DNA of 63,988 bases, counting the filler, from Perkinsus olseni (Eukaryota), in assembly GCA_013115125.1 (NCBI GenBank). It is 6 parts of 6 records of this genome, joined end to end, with 100 filler letters (N's around TTAATTAATTAA, not from the genome) between each part and the next. Parts side by side here need not be neighbours in the genome. Positions count along the whole stretch, not along the records: positions 53,996 to 63,988 come from JABANN010000901.1; 5 more parts are not named here. The stretch is one strand, 5' to 3'. Positions within the stretch are counted from its first letter, which is position 1; every line of letters begins with the position of its first letter. Position numbers and translations under genes: made by a program. Shown here one piece after another: positions 61,300 through 63,988 of this stretch. A model generated the notes under the pieces. That model was not told the origin of the DNA, ran no database searches, and saw only the letters and a list, made by a program, of their open reading frames with translations.

Positions 61300-63800
61300 G
61301 TTAAATTTCTGCGGAAGCATTGCGAAGAGTGACCAACAGCATTCCCAGAGTTTGCCAACAGCAGCAAGAGAGGCTCCTCAGTTGATAAAGAATATGCACG
61401 AGGCGCAGATGCCGCAATAGTATAAGACAACCAGTTCGAGCTTAATCATCATCAGTTATTCGGCCGATGCGTTCGGCCGAGCTCCATCCGCGGAGCTCTC
61501 GAGTCATTCTCCTGCACCAATAAGTGCGAATACTGCAGCCGGCCGTCTCTTCAGTTAGTCACCCACCTGCTTAGCGTAGCGGGCGAGAGTTTCCTGCATA
61601 TCAGACGGAGGTGGACCGAACTCATCGACGTTCTCCGTGACACTCCAACCGTTAGCATCATTACCAGTATCATCAGCAAGACCGGTACCCATCTGGATCA
61701 GAACAGCGGTTGTAATCCGAAGAAGCGCCCCCCCAAGAAAACCCGCTAGCCGCGCTAAAAATTCCGAGGGTTCGGACTCGGTGTTAGCATGTTAATGAAG
61801 GAACGATGTTGGCATGCGCGTAACAATGACGGGACGGTTGTGGACTGACCTCGAAGTCGAAAGGCTGTCCATCTCGGGTCGGGGACAGCTGATTAGTATA
61901 GTCCTTGAGGTATCGCATGCCGCGCCATCGCGCGACTTGAAGCAACGCGGCAATCAATGCCAACCCGGATAACGTCGCTCTGAGGAGCAGACGGAAGTGA
62001 TCGTAGAGAACCACGCGAACGGTTTCCCTGTGCACTTACGATTCCACGATGACTTCCATCTTAGCACCTCCCGCCGGTGCGGCCCAGACAAGTAAGATCA
62101 GTACCACTACGGGCTCGAAGATCACACCATACCGCAACATGAGCAGAGGCCTACGTATTCGCGGCCGCAAAGGAGGCCATGCGGTAACCATCTGACGTAC
62201 GCACTTCACCAGAATGATCCATAGCTTACGAGTCTTACCATCCACAAACTGAGTTCCAGAAAAGTAAGCCAAACCGCACCCAAACGGCAAAGACTCAGCC
62301 AGCCGCCCCAAGCAATGTGATCCGCCGATACTATCTCGAATACGCTGAAGCAGGCCCGCCGAGGTGCCACAGGTGATTCCTGGAGACAGGGATCCAGCAC
62401 GGAGCATCAGACTGCTATCAAGTACCATCTTTGCCACGCCCACACAGATGATGTCCTTGGTCATGAGGACCGCCAATGCTACAGCCAGTGATGCGGTCGA
62501 CAGACAGAAGAAGATTCTAGATAACTGAGATAGTCGTTGCTGAGCTGAAACCTAGCTAACCGGCCCGATAACTACCTTCCGTGGACCCAGCGTGCTGTGC
62601 GAAAATCCCGGAAGAGGTGGGCAAGAAAGCACGCTCGCTACCATAGACAGTACACAATATCTGCGCGTAGGAGAGTCGACCGATAGCAGCTCACTCTTCC
62701 AGGCGCCTCACAAGCTCACACATCGGTAGCCATTTGTCGGTAGGACCTCTTCAGGCAGCGCTGTGGTGACTGACGATAACGCAGCAGCTGGCATACAAAC
62801 CCAGGGTGAGAGATCGCGAGCCTGCAACAACAGACGAATACTCACTCCGTGAAACAATGAGAGGATAATTCTAAAGGCAATTGCTGTGATTCTAACCGGC
62901 AGCCCGAAGCCAGTCAATAACAGGCAATTTAGCTGCAGTTAGAAGACGGGCAGGTGTAGAGGTATGCATCCGTTAACCCTCTCACAAAAGCAAGCCATCC
63001 TTGGTTCCCGAACCATAAACCGAATGACCATAACAGCATCCGACCAATGATGACGCCTGATCAGGTAGCGTCCGCAGAGGCACTTTCCTGATATTACTAC
63101 CGGTGCCGCAAGCAGCAATAAGCCCTCCCAGCTGAGCCAGGGGGTCCGTTTGCTCCAGACCCTCCATTATGTCCGACAGGTATAGCGTCATTAGGGCACC
63201 ATCACTTCTGACGCATTGCAATAGGGGAAGGAAAGCCACCGGCATAAGTAACCCATGGGCCACCTGGCAAAGGCTCTACATGCCCGTGTCGCTACAGGCC
63301 GATGAGCCTGCTCGACTCCTATTACCAGCATCAGGACCAGTGCCACTCCTTTGGGAGCTCTCATCCTCAGTTGAGCCTCCCGTCTCTGTACTCGGGCTAC
63401 GTTCATGATAACCCTCGTAGTCGGGGTCATCGCGAGTTGAGCAAAACGTTTGAACGGACTCTCTACACCTGACCCGGCCGCCAGCCCGTACACTCCCCCA
63501 TCCCTGAAAACCCCTCACCATGGTTTGACATGAAGTCCCTTTCACTCGAGCCAGCCAGCGAGTCCGCATCTCCTTCCGCCGCGTCCTGACTCGACGGCAT
63601 GGCTGCCGATGGTAGCCGTACCAAGCCAAACATCTCTCCCTTCTCAGCAGCGTCACGCGCCTCTGCAACGGAGCCCGGCATGTGGAGCAATTCTACTACG
63701 AGGTGCGCTGTCGGGAGACGTTGAGATTTCTCAAGTGAACAAGAATGCAAGATGCCTAGCCCAGTTTGAAGGCGCCAGGTTCCCTTCATCTTTTCATCAT
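61300..63800 (-). CDS. Multi-exon polytopic membrane protein, unknown family
   Basis: Series of hydrophobic minus-strand exon-like ORFs (61784-63493). Confidence 0.4.
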
Positions 63801-63988
63801 AGGGTACGGGTTAAGTCCGTAGGTTATTGCCTCTTGCGTGCTTGGATGACTGTGTCTAGTCCAACGTGGCGTGCTGAGGCTCGAATACTATCCTGGTTCG
63901 CGGAGGTGCGCGCCTCTACACCATTTCCAGACCTACTTAGTAAAACCCCAGAGCAATTTAATAAAGCCCAGAGCAAATTAGTAGAACC

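Noticed and set aside
62724-62740. GGTAGCCATTTG as a spliced-leader relic
   Set aside because: Short partial match only; the GGCTCAAG end is absent

Overview
Eukaryotic protist DNA, most consistent with the alveolate parasite Perkinsus (inferred from gene content, short 40-70 nt introns and interspersed tRNAs). The window is six pieces joined by five 100-nt N/TTAATTAATTAA linkers; the four complete contigs (~10.7 kb) are in decreasing length order, so adjacency across linkers is not biological. Host genes include RNR small subunit plus a 3'-half duplicate, NEDD1-like WD40, DYNC2LI1-like, CFAP44-like, acyl-CoA thioesterase, P450, GDA1/CD39 apyrase, STPG-repeat protein, SBP2-like, MDH, Yippee, DHHC palmitoyltransferase and several secreted or surface proteins. 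There are six tRNA or tRNA-like genes, a decayed TA-flanked Tc1/IS630-like transposon and two hAT remnants. Most notable: (1) an intact Gag-protease-RT-RNase H retroelement with a clear -1 frameshift signal but no visible integrase, tyrosine recombinase or LTRs; (2) an Arg-body tRNA gene with a UCA (UGA-reading) anticodon; (3) tRNA-His genes with U73 and no encoded G-1; (4) several perfect palindromes with 18-25 bp arms; (5) candidate intronic structured RNAs. All family calls come from motif recognition by eye; no searches were run.
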